The notes beneath the pieces were generated by a model. That model had not been told where the DNA came from and did not search any database. It saw only the letters and a program-made list of their open reading frames with translations. A stretch of DNA of 52,688 nt from Chiloscyllium plagiosum (taxonomy: Eukaryota), in NCBI RefSeq assembly GCF_004010195.1, contig NW_025214845.1, forward strand, positions 1-52,688. The letters are read 5' to 3'. How positions within the stretch are numbered: the stretch's first letter is position 1; every line of letters starts with the position of its first letter. This document shows positions 13,411 to 25,261 of the stretch, one piece after another. Made by a program: the position numbers and the translations under genes.

Positions 13411-14182
13411 CCTGGTGTCTGGTTTGGGGGATTAGACAATTTTTACCCCATAAACCTCTACTTTAAATAACAAATCTGCTGAAAAGTAATATAAACAAAA
13501 CATTTTCATTTTGAAAAAACCACTTGGCAAGGCACAAACTCATTAAAACCTTTACGCAAAAGTATTCTGAATATTATTTACGTTTCATATGTTTACATCA
13601 CTAGTTAAAGTTAACTACGTTTCAACTAAGTATTTTATAGTTTTTTTTGTTTTCGGAATGGGTAGTTTTACACTATATTCTCACTGAAATTAATTAGTTA
13701 CTTTTCTGTTTAAGATGTAAGACCACAATTCAATTAAATAGGTTGATAAATTTATTGTTATTAGTGCAAGGTACAATATAAGGAACGAAACGGAAACTGT
13801 CCTCATTGGATTCAAAAGGGCAGAATTATCAACATAGGATGGACATTTCCTTTGTCTTTGAACAATATGGATTTGTATTACCTGCATACATAAGCAGGAC
13901 GTGAAGCAAGCTGGATAATTGGACCTGGATAATAGTAACACAACCACACATACGAGTCAGAGAAAAAGGTACTAGTGTTGCACGAACTGACTTTATTACA
14001 CATGCTTGGCTGCAGTTCTAAACTTTCCACATGCTACAGAGCCATAAGCGGTCATTGATGTAATCAGCAGTAACATCTTCAAAATTAAAACCCTTACAAG
14101 CAAGTACAACACTTACATCTTATAGTTTTCATTTAACAAAACATGTGAAGGTAATTTAGGGGAAGGAGTAAAGATTAATGGA

Positions 14183-14302
14183 GGGCCTTTTTTTGTAATG
14201 CAGTGGTACAGTCCCTGCCTCTGGGCCAGAAGACTTGGGTTCAAGTCCTACCTGCTCCAGAGGGGTGTAATAACATTTCTGGACAGGTAGATGTAGAAAA
14301 TT
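14183..14302 (+). mobile_element. Short tRNA-derived SINE
   Basis: gcagtggt...cctctgggccagaagacttgggttcaagtcctacctg; related copies at ~28363, ~28630, ~32034 and ~44771 (-). Confidence 0.7.
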
Positions 14303-15204
14303 AGTGATAGTAGAAAGAGTTGGGAGGATGAAGGAAAATAGTCAAAAATTTTAAGAAGGTTTTATTTTGAACAGGTAGACAGAAATTTAGATGAAGAAGA
14401 GACTTAGAAAGAAAACTTAAATTGCAGACACACACCCGATTGTTACAAGGCAGAAAGAGGCAGTTCAGCCCATCATGTTTGCACTGGCTCTCTGAATGAA
14501 CACTATTACTTAGTGCTGTTTGCTTGCCTTCTTCCCTCAATCGTGCACATTGAATGCCTCAACTGAACCTGCATCCACCACATGGACGTGCCATACATTC
14601 CATATCCCAACTACTCGCTATTATTATAAATGCTTTATGTTTCTTTGAGAACTTATATTTTGAAGGATTGTAGAAAAAGGAATTGTTTTCAATTTTTCTG
14701 GACATACCTGGAGTAGTTTCTTTAAAAGAGGTAATTAAACTTGCATGGTGAAATTGCACTTTTAAAAAGGCTTCTAGAACTCATATGACCAATGATAATT
14801 GTTTTGCTGTAGACCCTGCCTGGACTGTTTTTGCACAGTGGCTGGCTTGGAGAGATTCTTGTTAATTTGGAGGGAAGTGTACTTTGAACAAAATGCAGGG
14901 CTGATCACTTTCATTTCTGAAAAGAAAATCACTTCAGGGTGAAACCTATTTGTTCTTTTGAAACCATGGTTAAAAGAACATTGCAAAATTGTATTCTGTC
15001 AACAAACTGCAGCTGTAAGGCTTAGATCTGACTGTGATTAGTGATTTGACTATGTATGTCAGAACATCAGAGCAACAGACTCCTACGCATTATCCTTTTG
15101 CCTTCAAGAATAACCCACTGCTCAAAGGTGTTTATTTTCCAGAAAACCAATCTCTGTGGAGAAAACTTTTTTTTTGCCCTGCTTTTCATAAAGAACTTGA
15201 TGTC

Positions 15205-16256
15205 CAAAAGGTATCGGGATGAGTTGGCAAGATGGATACAGAACTGACTTAGTCATAGGAGACAGAGGGTAGCAGTGGAAGGATGTTTTTGGAATGGAGG
15301 TTTGTGACTGGTAGTGTTCCACATGGATCAGTGCTGGGACTTCAGCTATTTGTGATCTACATAATTGATTTGGAGGAAAATATAGCTGGTCTAATTAGTA
15401 AGTTTGTGAATGAAACAAAGATTAGTGGAATTTTGGATAGTAAGGAGGATTGTCAGAGGATACAGCAGGAGGCGTGGGCAAAAAAACTGGTAGATGAAGT
15501 TTAATACAGACAAAGTAAGGGGATGCATTTTGGAAGGTCAAGTACAGGTGGAAATTATACAGTGAACGGCAGAACCCTTAGGAGTATCGATATGCAGATC
15601 CACAGATTACTGAAGATGACAGCACATGTAGATCAGGTTGTAAAAAAAGGCCAATGCCATGCTTGCCTTCATTGGAAGAGGCATTGAGTATAAGGATAGT
15701 CAAGTTATACTACATCTTTATGTAACTTTAGTTAGGCGACACTTGAAGTATTGCATACAGTTCTGATCACCATACTACGGGTGGATGCTTTGGAGAGACT
15801 TAACAGGATGTTGCCTGGTATGGGGGATTTTAGCTAAGAAGAAGGGTTGGATAGAAAGGGTTTGTTTTCACTGGAACACAGAAGGTTGAGAGGTGACCTG
15901 ATAGAAGTTTATAAGATTGTGAATGGCATGGATAGAGTGGAAAGTATGAGGGCTTTTCCTCAGGATGGAGGGGTCAATTACTTGGGGACACAGGTTCAAG
16001 GTGCAGGGAGGGAAGTTTAAAAGAGATGTGAGGGGCAAGTTTTTCATGCAAAGGGTGGTGAGTGCTTGGAATATGCTGGCAAAGGAGATGGTGGAAGCAG
16101 ACACAATAGCAGCATTAAAGAAGTACCTGGACGAATACATGAATAGGAAGGGAATAGAGAGATATGGATTCTGTAAGTGAAGACAGTTTTAGTACGGGAG
16201 GGCGAAATGTGGAGGGGCCAAAGGGCCTGTTTCTGTGCTGTATTGTTCTTTATTCT
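15205..16256 (+). mobile_element. CR1 LINE 3' portion (RT to 3'UTR)
   Basis: VPHGSVLG.QLFVIYI.DL, SKFVNETK and FFMQRVVSAWN motifs with frameshifts. Confidence 0.9.
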
Positions 16257-16270
16257 CAGCTCACAGCCTT

Positions 16271-16365
16271 ATTCCTGATGAAGGACTTTTGCCGGAACAT
16301 CGATTCTCCTGTTCCTCAGATGCTGCCTAACCTGCTGTGCTTTTCCAGCACCACTCTCAACACCA
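16271..16365 (+). mobile_element. Penelope-derived pLTR fragment with degenerate hammerhead core
   Basis: attcctgatgaaggacttttgccggaacatcgatt...gatgctgcc...ctgctgtgcttttccagca; homologous to the right arm at 37713-37800. Confidence 0.75.
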
Positions 16366-17639
16366 ATTAACTACTGCCAAGGCTTCTTCAGCATTACCTT
16401 CCAAACTCACGACCTGCAAAGTCTGGGTGGGCAAGAGCAGATTTTTTTTGAATACTAACATCTTTAACTTCCCCTTAAAGTCAAATAACATCTTGTCTTT
16501 GATATTTATCACTGCCCCTTAATTATAGCTTATTCAAAATCTTGGAATTCACTGCCAAGCTACATTGTAAAAGTTCCTTAATTATAAGAACTGCAGTAGT
16601 TCATGAAAACAGTCCACTATTACCTTTTAGGGCAACTGGGATGCACAAAAACAGAGCTAATGCCTTGCATTTGGTGACCCTTTGTCAGAACAATGCTGGT
16701 CTTGCCAGCCTTTGCTGCTGCCTCTATGTTAAAAATCATCCAATCAGGCTTCTGTTTCATACATAGTACTCAAAATCACCAAAGATATTTTATTTAATTA
16801 GGACCGTGGCTAATTGTTCCTTCTCAGAGTGATGGAAGTAGATTAAATAGTAACTTGCAACCAGAAGTGGAAATAGAGTATACCTGGAAAGGGAAAAATT
16901 ACAAGGTTAAGAGATAAAACAGCACTGTGTTGATGGAAAATAGGTTATGTGAAAATCTCTTTCGAGGAATAGCTTGCGTCTACACTGTTGGAATCCAATT
17001 ATTTTTTTTAAAATTTACCCCTTTTAATCTTTCTAACGTATTCAACACTGTTAGGCACAATATTCTTCTAAAACCTCTATGCACAGTTCATGTCTGTAGC
17101 ACTGTTTTATTCTATTTCCATCTTGTCACATCGTAAATAATAACATCCAACAAATTTGTCCTTCCATACCTAAACATCACGAGTGCAACCTGGGTTACAT
17201 AATTACCCATGCCATTTTATAAATTATATCATATTATTTCAGCATGATGGTTATACACATTTTCCATTGTGTATTCAACATAAAAACCTGGATGATCACA
17301 TATCTTCTCCAAGTTAATGCCTGCAGAACCAAATCATCCTTTATGGCTGCTGCAATCACTTTATAGTATCTTATCCTTGGCTGCTACCTCATGCTCTATT
17401 GTTCAAGCTTTACCTTTGCTTCCTCCCCTATAGCTAATTTGTCACCCACCAGGGCACCTTTGTTTCACTTCTACAATATTGTCTGCCTTTTCCCCATCTG
17501 CCTTTCTTTCCTATAAAAGTCCAAATCCATATGTTTATAGATTCATGGCTACACTCCTCCAATGATAGAATTAGTAAGGTTATCATTTAAAAATCACAAT
17601 TACACAGGATGTTACAGTGATTCCATCACCTGCACTGAG

Positions 17640-18130
17640 GTACAGAAAAGATTTACAAGGATGTTGCCAGGCTTGGAGGATTTGGGCTATAGGAAGAGGC
17701 TGAATAGGATGCAGCTGTTTTCCCTGTAGCATTGGAGGCTGAGGGGTGATCTTATAGAGGCTTATAACATCATGAGGGGCCTGGATAGGATAAATAGACA
17801 AAGTCTTTTCCCTGGGGTGAGGCAGTCCAGAACTAGAAGGCATGGGTTTAGGGTGAGAGTGGAAAGATATAAAAGAGACCTAAGGGGCAACTCTTTCACA
17901 CACAGGGTGGTGTGTGTATGGAATGAGCTGCCAGAGGAAGTGGTGGAGGCTGGTACAACTGCAACATTTAAAAGGCATCTGGATGGGTGTTTGAATAGGA
18001 ATGGTTTGGAGGAATATGGGCCAAGTGCTGGCAAATGGACTAGATTAGGTTAGGATACCTGATCTGCATGGATGATTTGGACCAAAGGATCGGTTTGTGC
18101 TGTACATCTCTATGACTTTATGACTCTAAA
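17640..18130 (+). mobile_element. CR1 LINE 3' end
   Basis: ORF MRGLDR...HRVVCVWNELPEEVVEA...FKRHLD and (tatgact)n tail. Confidence 0.9.
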
Positions 18131-18479
18131 TCCTAGTTACCATTACCCCATCAAATTCAGGTAGCTTCCCACTGCCGCAAAGAACTGGATTCTCTTTCAA
18201 ATCCCTCCAATGACTCTCCTACTCATCAAATAACCCACTGTACTCCCCATCTTGGCCACATATTGCATGATCTCCATCAGCTCTACACCCTTGAATACAG
18301 TCTCATGTCCTCAATTGATTGTTGTCCTATTTTTCATTTCTCACACTTCTGTGTTTCCCCTTCCTGCCTTTCTTTCTCTTGTTTTATTTTCTTCTCTGCT
18401 TAGGACTGACTCTAGTTCATTCTTATATTTCAATCTGAGACATTTTTGAAGGCTGCACTAATGTTCCAAAATATTAGTG

Positions 18480-19990
18480 TATGGCAACATTGGAGCAGGA
18501 GTAGGCCATTCACCCAGGCCTGTTCCACTAAATTAGATCATAGCTGGTCATCTGTATCAATACAATTTTTTTGCTCTATCCCCATAACACTTGATGTTAG
18601 TAGTATCATGAAATCTATTAACCTATGCCTTGAACGTAATGCACACTACTCTGTGTGGCAGTAATTGTTTTAGACTAACACTTCCACTTTTCCAGCTAGG
18701 GGAAACATTGTTCCACACTCACCTTTTTATATTTCTAAACTTTAGTGAACATAGGCCCAGCCTCCTCAAGCAATCCTCCATCACAGGAACTAATCTGGTG
18801 AACCTCTGTGGAGTTCCCTCTACAGCAAGTATATCCTTCTTTACATAAGGTGACCAAATTACACATAATACTTCAGCTATGGTCTCACCAAGATTCAATA
18901 CAATTATACCAAAACATTTTTACTATTTACTCAAATCCTCTTATGATAAAAAACCAATATACCATTCACCTTCCAGATTGCTTGCTGCATTTATATGTCA
19001 GCTTTCAGTGATATGAACAAGGACCCATTTTCCCTTTGGAAAGGGAACACTACTCAATCTCTGAAGAAATACTATGCACCTCATTACTGCCACCAAAAGT
19101 GAATAATTTCTCATTTATTCATATTGAATTCCATCTGCCACATTTTCCCCAATCTTTCTGCCTATCTAAATCCTGTGGAAGCCTTTGTATCCTTCTCATA
19201 ATTTAGATTCCAACTTAGATATGTGCTATCGGCAAACTTAGAAATATTATGTTTGGTCCTCACATTCAAATCATTGACATAGATTGCAAACATCTTATAG
19301 TAACCCACTAGTCACAGCCTGCCAATCTGAGAATGAACTATTTATTCCTACTCTGTTTTCTTTCTGTTGACCAGATTCAATCCATGCTAGTATATTGCCC
19401 TTATCCCACTTGTTCTAATTTTCTTTACTAACATCCTACATGGAACATTATCAAACAGCTTCTCAGAATCCAAGGACATAACATTCACTAGTTCACTAGT
19501 TCTCCCCTACCAACTCAAAAAAAGCTCAAAAACTCCAAGTTTGTCAAATGTGATTTTCATTTCATATATCCATGTTCACTCTGACCAATTGGGTGATTAT
19601 CAGCTGTTTTATAGCATTCATTATTTTTCCTACCACCGATTCAGGCTAACACATCTATGGTGACTTATTTTCTCTCTACGGTTTTTCTTAAGTCATGGTG
19701 TTACAACTTGGGGGGTATTATACAGAATTGATAGAATCGCGAAAGATAATCACCAATGCGTTTTATCTCTCTACAGTCACCTCTTCAATACTCTAGGTTG
19801 TAGATTACTGAATCCCAGTAATTCTCCAGGACTACATTTTTTTTCAACCAACACTTTTTTTTCAGTTCTACGTTCTCATTAGTTCCTTGTAACTCTATTA
19901 TTTCAGGGAAATTCTTTTATGTTCTTATTCCCATTATAAATTCTTCTATCTGTCTGTCATGGACCTTCATTTGGCTTTCCTAACCTTTTC
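18480..19990 (-). mobile_element. Old degraded CR1 LINE
   Basis: 3'UTR hairpin region (gagcaggagtaggccattca) then RT remnants on minus (WQMEFN, KFAD). Confidence 0.7.
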
Positions 19991-22229
19991 CTATTTATAT
20001 ACCTATATAAGCTCTTACTGTCCTTTTTTTGTTTTTCGGTTGCGTTCATATTCTATTCTCCCTATATTGCAATCATTAAGTGTTTGCAACAAATTGTCAT
20101 GTACATGATTGCAAAATTTAGCATAGCTATTGAGATACAACAAAATGCAACGATCCAAATGCCTTGTCTGAATGGCTTTTCAGAGAGAAACAACCCTTGA
20201 ATGGCTAGATCAAATATGAGAACACTGCGATGTGGGCCCATAGCATTTAGTATGCAAAGTCCTCGCTAAATATTGGACACTCCCTTGATATCCTTCCTCA
20301 TTCCACTGTTCCGTTCCCGTTTCGCTGTCAAGGACTTAACAGAATATTATGCAATTCAGATGATTGAGTGACAGGGGTTAATGCTGTACTTTAACATTTA
20401 AGAATAACTCATTGATTACGAGTAACATAACCTCTCTGAAATTTGTCTGAGATAAGAATGGGTGATTCCGCATTTACTGCGAGGCTTTTTTTTTGCTCTC
20501 TGAAGATGGGGCGGATATAAAGCTTGTGTACTTAGACTGATTGCAACTACACTTGGAAATATGCTTTCGGTAAATCAGACATCTATTTATTTTGTGTCAG
20601 TCTTGTTTGGCCGGTATATCTTGGAACACATTAGAAATTACTCCATAGTTTTACCAAAAGAGTCATGTTTATGTGAGAAAAAGATATATACGGTATTTTC
20701 CCTTTGATCGCAGTGTCCCCCAAAAGAGTGATTCTAAAATATACTACATTGTGAAGCACAATAAAACAATTCTAAGCAATGATACATTACACTGAAAATA
20801 TTCACTGAACCAATTACTTTCCAGCTTTTGCCTTGCCGAACTTATTGTAGTGAAGACTCTTCATATTTTTCTTTGCTGCGCCCAGCAATTCATAAGTAAA
20901 CACAGCGCAATTAATGTGCAAACACTGAGATCGACCTCTGCATTTCAGTTCTGTTGACGTCCTAATGTTTACTGAAATTGACTGTTCTCTTGGAATACAA
21001 TTACACATGTTTTACGGTGAGATCCGAGTCTTCATTTCGTTTCCCAAGTACTGCATTGGAGGTAAAGAAACAGTCGCCCTTAACTTACTGAATCTCGAAA
21101 ATCATTCCCTGGTTCTCTTGTCTAGATCCTAAACGTAATACCTTGTTAGAGCTATTAATACGCCGAGAAGGTTCTCAAACGACTGCTGAGAAATCAACTA
21201 CAGGACGTGTTTTAACATTATGTTTAATTCTTAAAAACGATATAACTTCTGACGCGCCCTTTTAGTACTCTTTCAGTGTGCAGTCACCTGCTATATTGCT
21301 GAAGGGAGACACGAATTGGCAGTTAAACTACAGTGTCTACAATGAAAATCTGCTTAAAAAAACCTGACCCACGTTAATGTTTTAAAAAATAGAAAGAGAA
21401 TCCCGTACTTCGTGAATTCGACTACATCGCTATTGTTTAATAATCTTTATTCTGCACACTCACCCGTCCACTTTCAGATGATTAATCCACAAAAATGATA
21501 GACTGCACAATTGAAAGCGGTTATTGGCAGAAAGTCCAAGATCACAGCAAAAAAAAATCCGCCAAGAAACATGTTTACGTCGCATAAAAGGAAACCAGTT
21601 AAGATTTTAAAATATAACCGACACACTGTTAACCCCTTGAGCACTTTTCAGTAAAGTTACTCGGCTGGTCATGCGTGCTGCGGCTGTGCTCAATCAGCAG
21701 CGAAATCATCCAACTCACTGAAAATTTTCCAGTTTTGGAATGTCTGAGCAGACAGTAAGAACAACTTTCCTAATTAGTCTGATTACTCTCGATCATTTAT
21801 TGCGAGGTGTTTGCTGCATTTGTAAGATTTTTGACAACTAGTAATGTTCATTTTGAGTTGTAGGTTAGCTTGTTTGTAAACTAAACACTCGGATATGCTC
21901 TTGAGCTGCCCTACCGTCCAGGGCTGCGGACCAGGAGTTTGAAAGCTGGGATAGAGGTTGGAGGGCGCTTATCCATTGGGTAGGGAAACGATGGACCAAA
22001 TGCACTCCTACGATGTCATGTGTTTTTTTTCTATATTCCTAATAGTCGGTATAAAGTCACTTCAATGAATCTAAGTGATGCAATATGTGGGAGTAATCAG
22101 GTTTGCTGCGGGAGGGCTGTGTTTGCTACGGCTGTCGGGTTGATGGCGCTATGAGCTGACTCCTCTTTAGTAGGTTTCACGCTTCGCTAATACTACTCCA
22201 CAGGCGCCTACCTCTCACTCTCCCTTCGA

Positions 22230-22490
22230 GGAGGGGGGGGAAGGGGGGGGTGGGGGGAGGGAAGAGAGAGATTGCTTGTCAATAAACAAAACGTTTTTAG
22301 ATTATTACAAGGTCGCTCCCAGCCTTGAGCAAGCTCGTTCCCGAGTCCCAGCCCTACACATGAAGGCGGGACAAAGGCGGGGCAGCTTGACTTCGGCCAA
22401 TCGCAGAGTGCTCTCTTTTTAAAATTCCCTGTCCGTCACTCAGTTTCCTCTTCGTCAGCCTCCTTCGCCATATTGGGTAACTGAAAAAAA
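22230..22490 (+). promoter_or_regulatory. CDKN1B: CDKN1B core promoter / start of 5'UTR
   Basis: G-tract 22230-22262, forkhead-like ATAAACA 22282-22288, GC boxes ~22365-22383, CCAAT 22397-22401, TTTAAA 22418-22423, Inr-like TCAGTTT 22440-22446, then ttcgtcagcctcc..cgccatattggg as recalled for the human 5'UTR start. Confidence 0.8.
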
Positions 22491-22701
22491 AAGCCAGTTT
22501 TTTTTTCCGCCTTTACTAGAATCAGTTTTGACGAGCGATAGGTTGTAAACTGCTGTTGTTGTTAGCATTTTTGTTGTGGTTCGGTGCTTTGCAGCTTTCT
22601 GAAGAATTGCACGATATTGTTACATCGTGTAACCTTGCAGTTCTGCTGTCTGTGAGGCTTCGGACGATTTGCAGTGAGAGGGGGTACGAAGGGGAAAAAA
22701 A

Positions 22702-23182
22702 ATGTCAAACGTACGCATTTCTAATGGTAGCCCTTCGCTGGAGAGAATGGCAGCTCAGCAAGGAGGGCACCCGAAACCCTCAGCCTGCAGGAACCTTTTC
22801 GGTCCCGTAAACCACGATGAGTTGAACCGAGACTTACAAAAGAAACAGAAGGAGATCCGCGAGCAGGACAGGCGAAGGTGGAATTACGACTTCGAGAGGG
22901 ACAAGCCGTTGGATGGGAATTACAAATGGGAAGCGGTGGATTGCAAGGATGTGCCTAATTTTTACTGGGGTTCTTCGAGGGAGCAAGTGTCATCAGCGGA
23001 TTGCAGTGTGGATGTGAACGGGAACCATGCGATTGTTTGCGTAGGAACTTTGGCTCTGGGAAATTCAGGGGACACGCACTTAACGAATTCAGAGCAAAAG
23101 GACGTGGTTAAAGAGACAACTGAACATTTCACGGACTCAAAAGAGCAGTGCTGTAGTCCCCGAAAACGAGCTGCGTCAGTCG
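22702..23182 (+). CDS. CDKN1B: Cyclin-dependent kinase inhibitor 1B (p27Kip1), coding exon 1
   Basis: MSNVRISNGSPSLERM N-terminus, KPSACRNLFGP cyclin-binding motif, CDI domain WNYDF...PL.G.Y.W, RKR NLS half; phase-1 donor G|GTAAGT at 23182/23183. Confidence 0.97.
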
Positions 23183-23566
23183 GTAAGTGACAAAGATGCA
23201 CTCTCTTTTGGGAGCTGCAGGATCCATTTTCAAACGGACCTTTATGACCTTTTTCTTTTCCCGCAAAAAGAAGCTTTCACCACCAACCAGTGGTTTACTC
23301 CTTTATTTCCAGTGGACCTGCTTTTAAAATCGTGCAGTTCTTGGTCTGTTTGGGGTTAAGCATGAGTTCCCCTACGTTTGAAAAAGGCTACTGCAACTTC
23401 AAAGGCCTTTTAGAAAGATGAAGCAAACGGCTTTTTCCTCGTTCAACAAGCTTGAGATGTGGTTGACTAATACCCACCAGCACAAGTCTTCAATAGGAGT
23501 AGGAATGACCCTCATAATATACCATCATCCTTATTTCAATTTTTAACTAGCTTTTCTTGATTATAG

Positions 23567-23691
23567 ATGGATTTCCAGAAGCAAAAAGAGTCAACACAGC
23601 GACGGAGACAGACTGGTCAGCAAATTCTCCCAATATAAATGCATTAGAGAAAACGCCGAAGAAATCGATTTCGAGCGGGCATCAAACATAA
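23567..23691 (+). CDS. CDKN1B: p27Kip1 coding exon 2
   Basis: Acceptor ttttcttgattatag|; in frame gives (D)GFPEAKRVNTATETDWSANSPNINALEKTPKKSISSGHQT* with TPKK degron and terminal QT; 201 aa total; candidate donors at 23698/23699 and 23706/23707. Confidence 0.95.
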
Positions 23692-25261
23692 AACAAAGGT
23701 GACAAGGTAGTTACGATGTACCTTTTTCAATTGATTGTGTCCTCCCAAAATATCCTATAACGTAGCTAGCAACAAGACTGCATTGATCAATCGGCCTCAC
23801 TAGCCCAGGTTTGAAAGTGTATACAGGGTTGTAATGTCACTGCTGTTTCTTTGCTATATTTTCCTGAACGACACGTATGCACAGGTGATTATTTCCAGCT
23901 GCTTTCAAATAACTAGATACACTATTGCGTTCTGCACAAGAATCCTAACGTCTTCGGTGACCTTTCTTTCCCTGCCCAATATAGTAGATTGCTTTGCCCA
24001 AGTCTTGTCAATAAAGTAAGTCACAGGACTGACTGAAAATGTAGTACATTACGCGGGGGAGTGCGCAACCACAACAGTGGTGTGCCTTTGTAGGCTTTAT
24101 ACAATGAACATTTTTTTTTCTTTACGCCAACGTCCATCATAAATATAATAAAAGGAGAAATAATCACGATAAAAATGGATCACTAGAGCAAGTTGTACTT
24201 TATCTCCCCAGCTAAAATATCCAAGCAGCATTCAAAGTAACACTTGGGATGGAATACAAATTTGTAGAATAGCTGCTTTACAAACATGTTTAACGTTTCT
24301 CATTTTGGGACTCTAATTTCCCCTATGATTTTGCGCTGTAGTAAGATATGAGAGGAGGGAATATATACACAATGCACAAAATGAGGGGTAGGGTGGGGAA
24401 GCTACATTTTAAATGGCTAGTCTCAACAAAGTAAAACTTAATGGAGATTATTCTTATTTCTTGGCCTTGTCCACATTGGTAGCCATAGTAAAAGTAATGC
24501 ATTGAAAATATTGCCCACTTTGTGTGAAATACTGCATATGCTAAATAACTTTGTCTTTTGTGTCAGTTTCACATAGCACAAGATGTGATACCTCATGCAC
24601 CTTTTGTGCTGACATTTTAAATATCCTTTGTCAAAATACTTTTTTTTTTGCAGTTATGACTTTTCTTTAAATTGATAGATCTAACTAGTCAGATCCAAAA
24701 CCTCTAACATACTCATTTCGGTGACTTTCTGTTCAGTTAATGCTGCCAAACTTTATCAATTTGCCCCTCTCACTGCATCAGAAAACAAATCTGTTTCTTT
24801 TTTTAAAGAAAAGCCTAGGAGCATCAGTCCTAATTATATTTGGATTACCAAATAATACATGTTTATGCATTTGAAAATTATGGCTGCTAGTTAAATGTGG
24901 TTGTGTGTCCAATGGGATAAAGTCCCACCATGCTGACTGAAATGGATTTTTTGATTACTTCCAGGCAGAAGATACAACTTATCCAGCTGCTAGATTTTAA
25001 ATGAGATATGGCAATATCACAATAATAACTTGATTGTATCTGTGCACAAGTCTTAACACTACTTATGGTATTGGTTGGCTCAGCGTCCAGTTGAATAACC
25101 AATTGCAATTGCTTAACCCTTTTGCCAACTGTACCCTGTAATCAGCAGCTGAGTTGAAATTATCAGTGTGGCTATGCCAAATAGCATTTTAAGTAATTCC
25201 AATCATACATAATTACCAAACATTGTATTAATCTTTTTTACTTCGTATTTTTCCTTGTTAG

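Noticed and set aside
22360..22422. 20-codon ATG ORF upstream of CDKN1B
   Set aside because: Starts upstream of the GC and CCAAT boxes, so probably outside the transcript
22702..23190. 162-aa single-exon ORF ending ...SVGK*
   Set aside because: Read-through into intron 1 past a consensus GTAAGT donor; exon 2 supplies the conserved C-terminus
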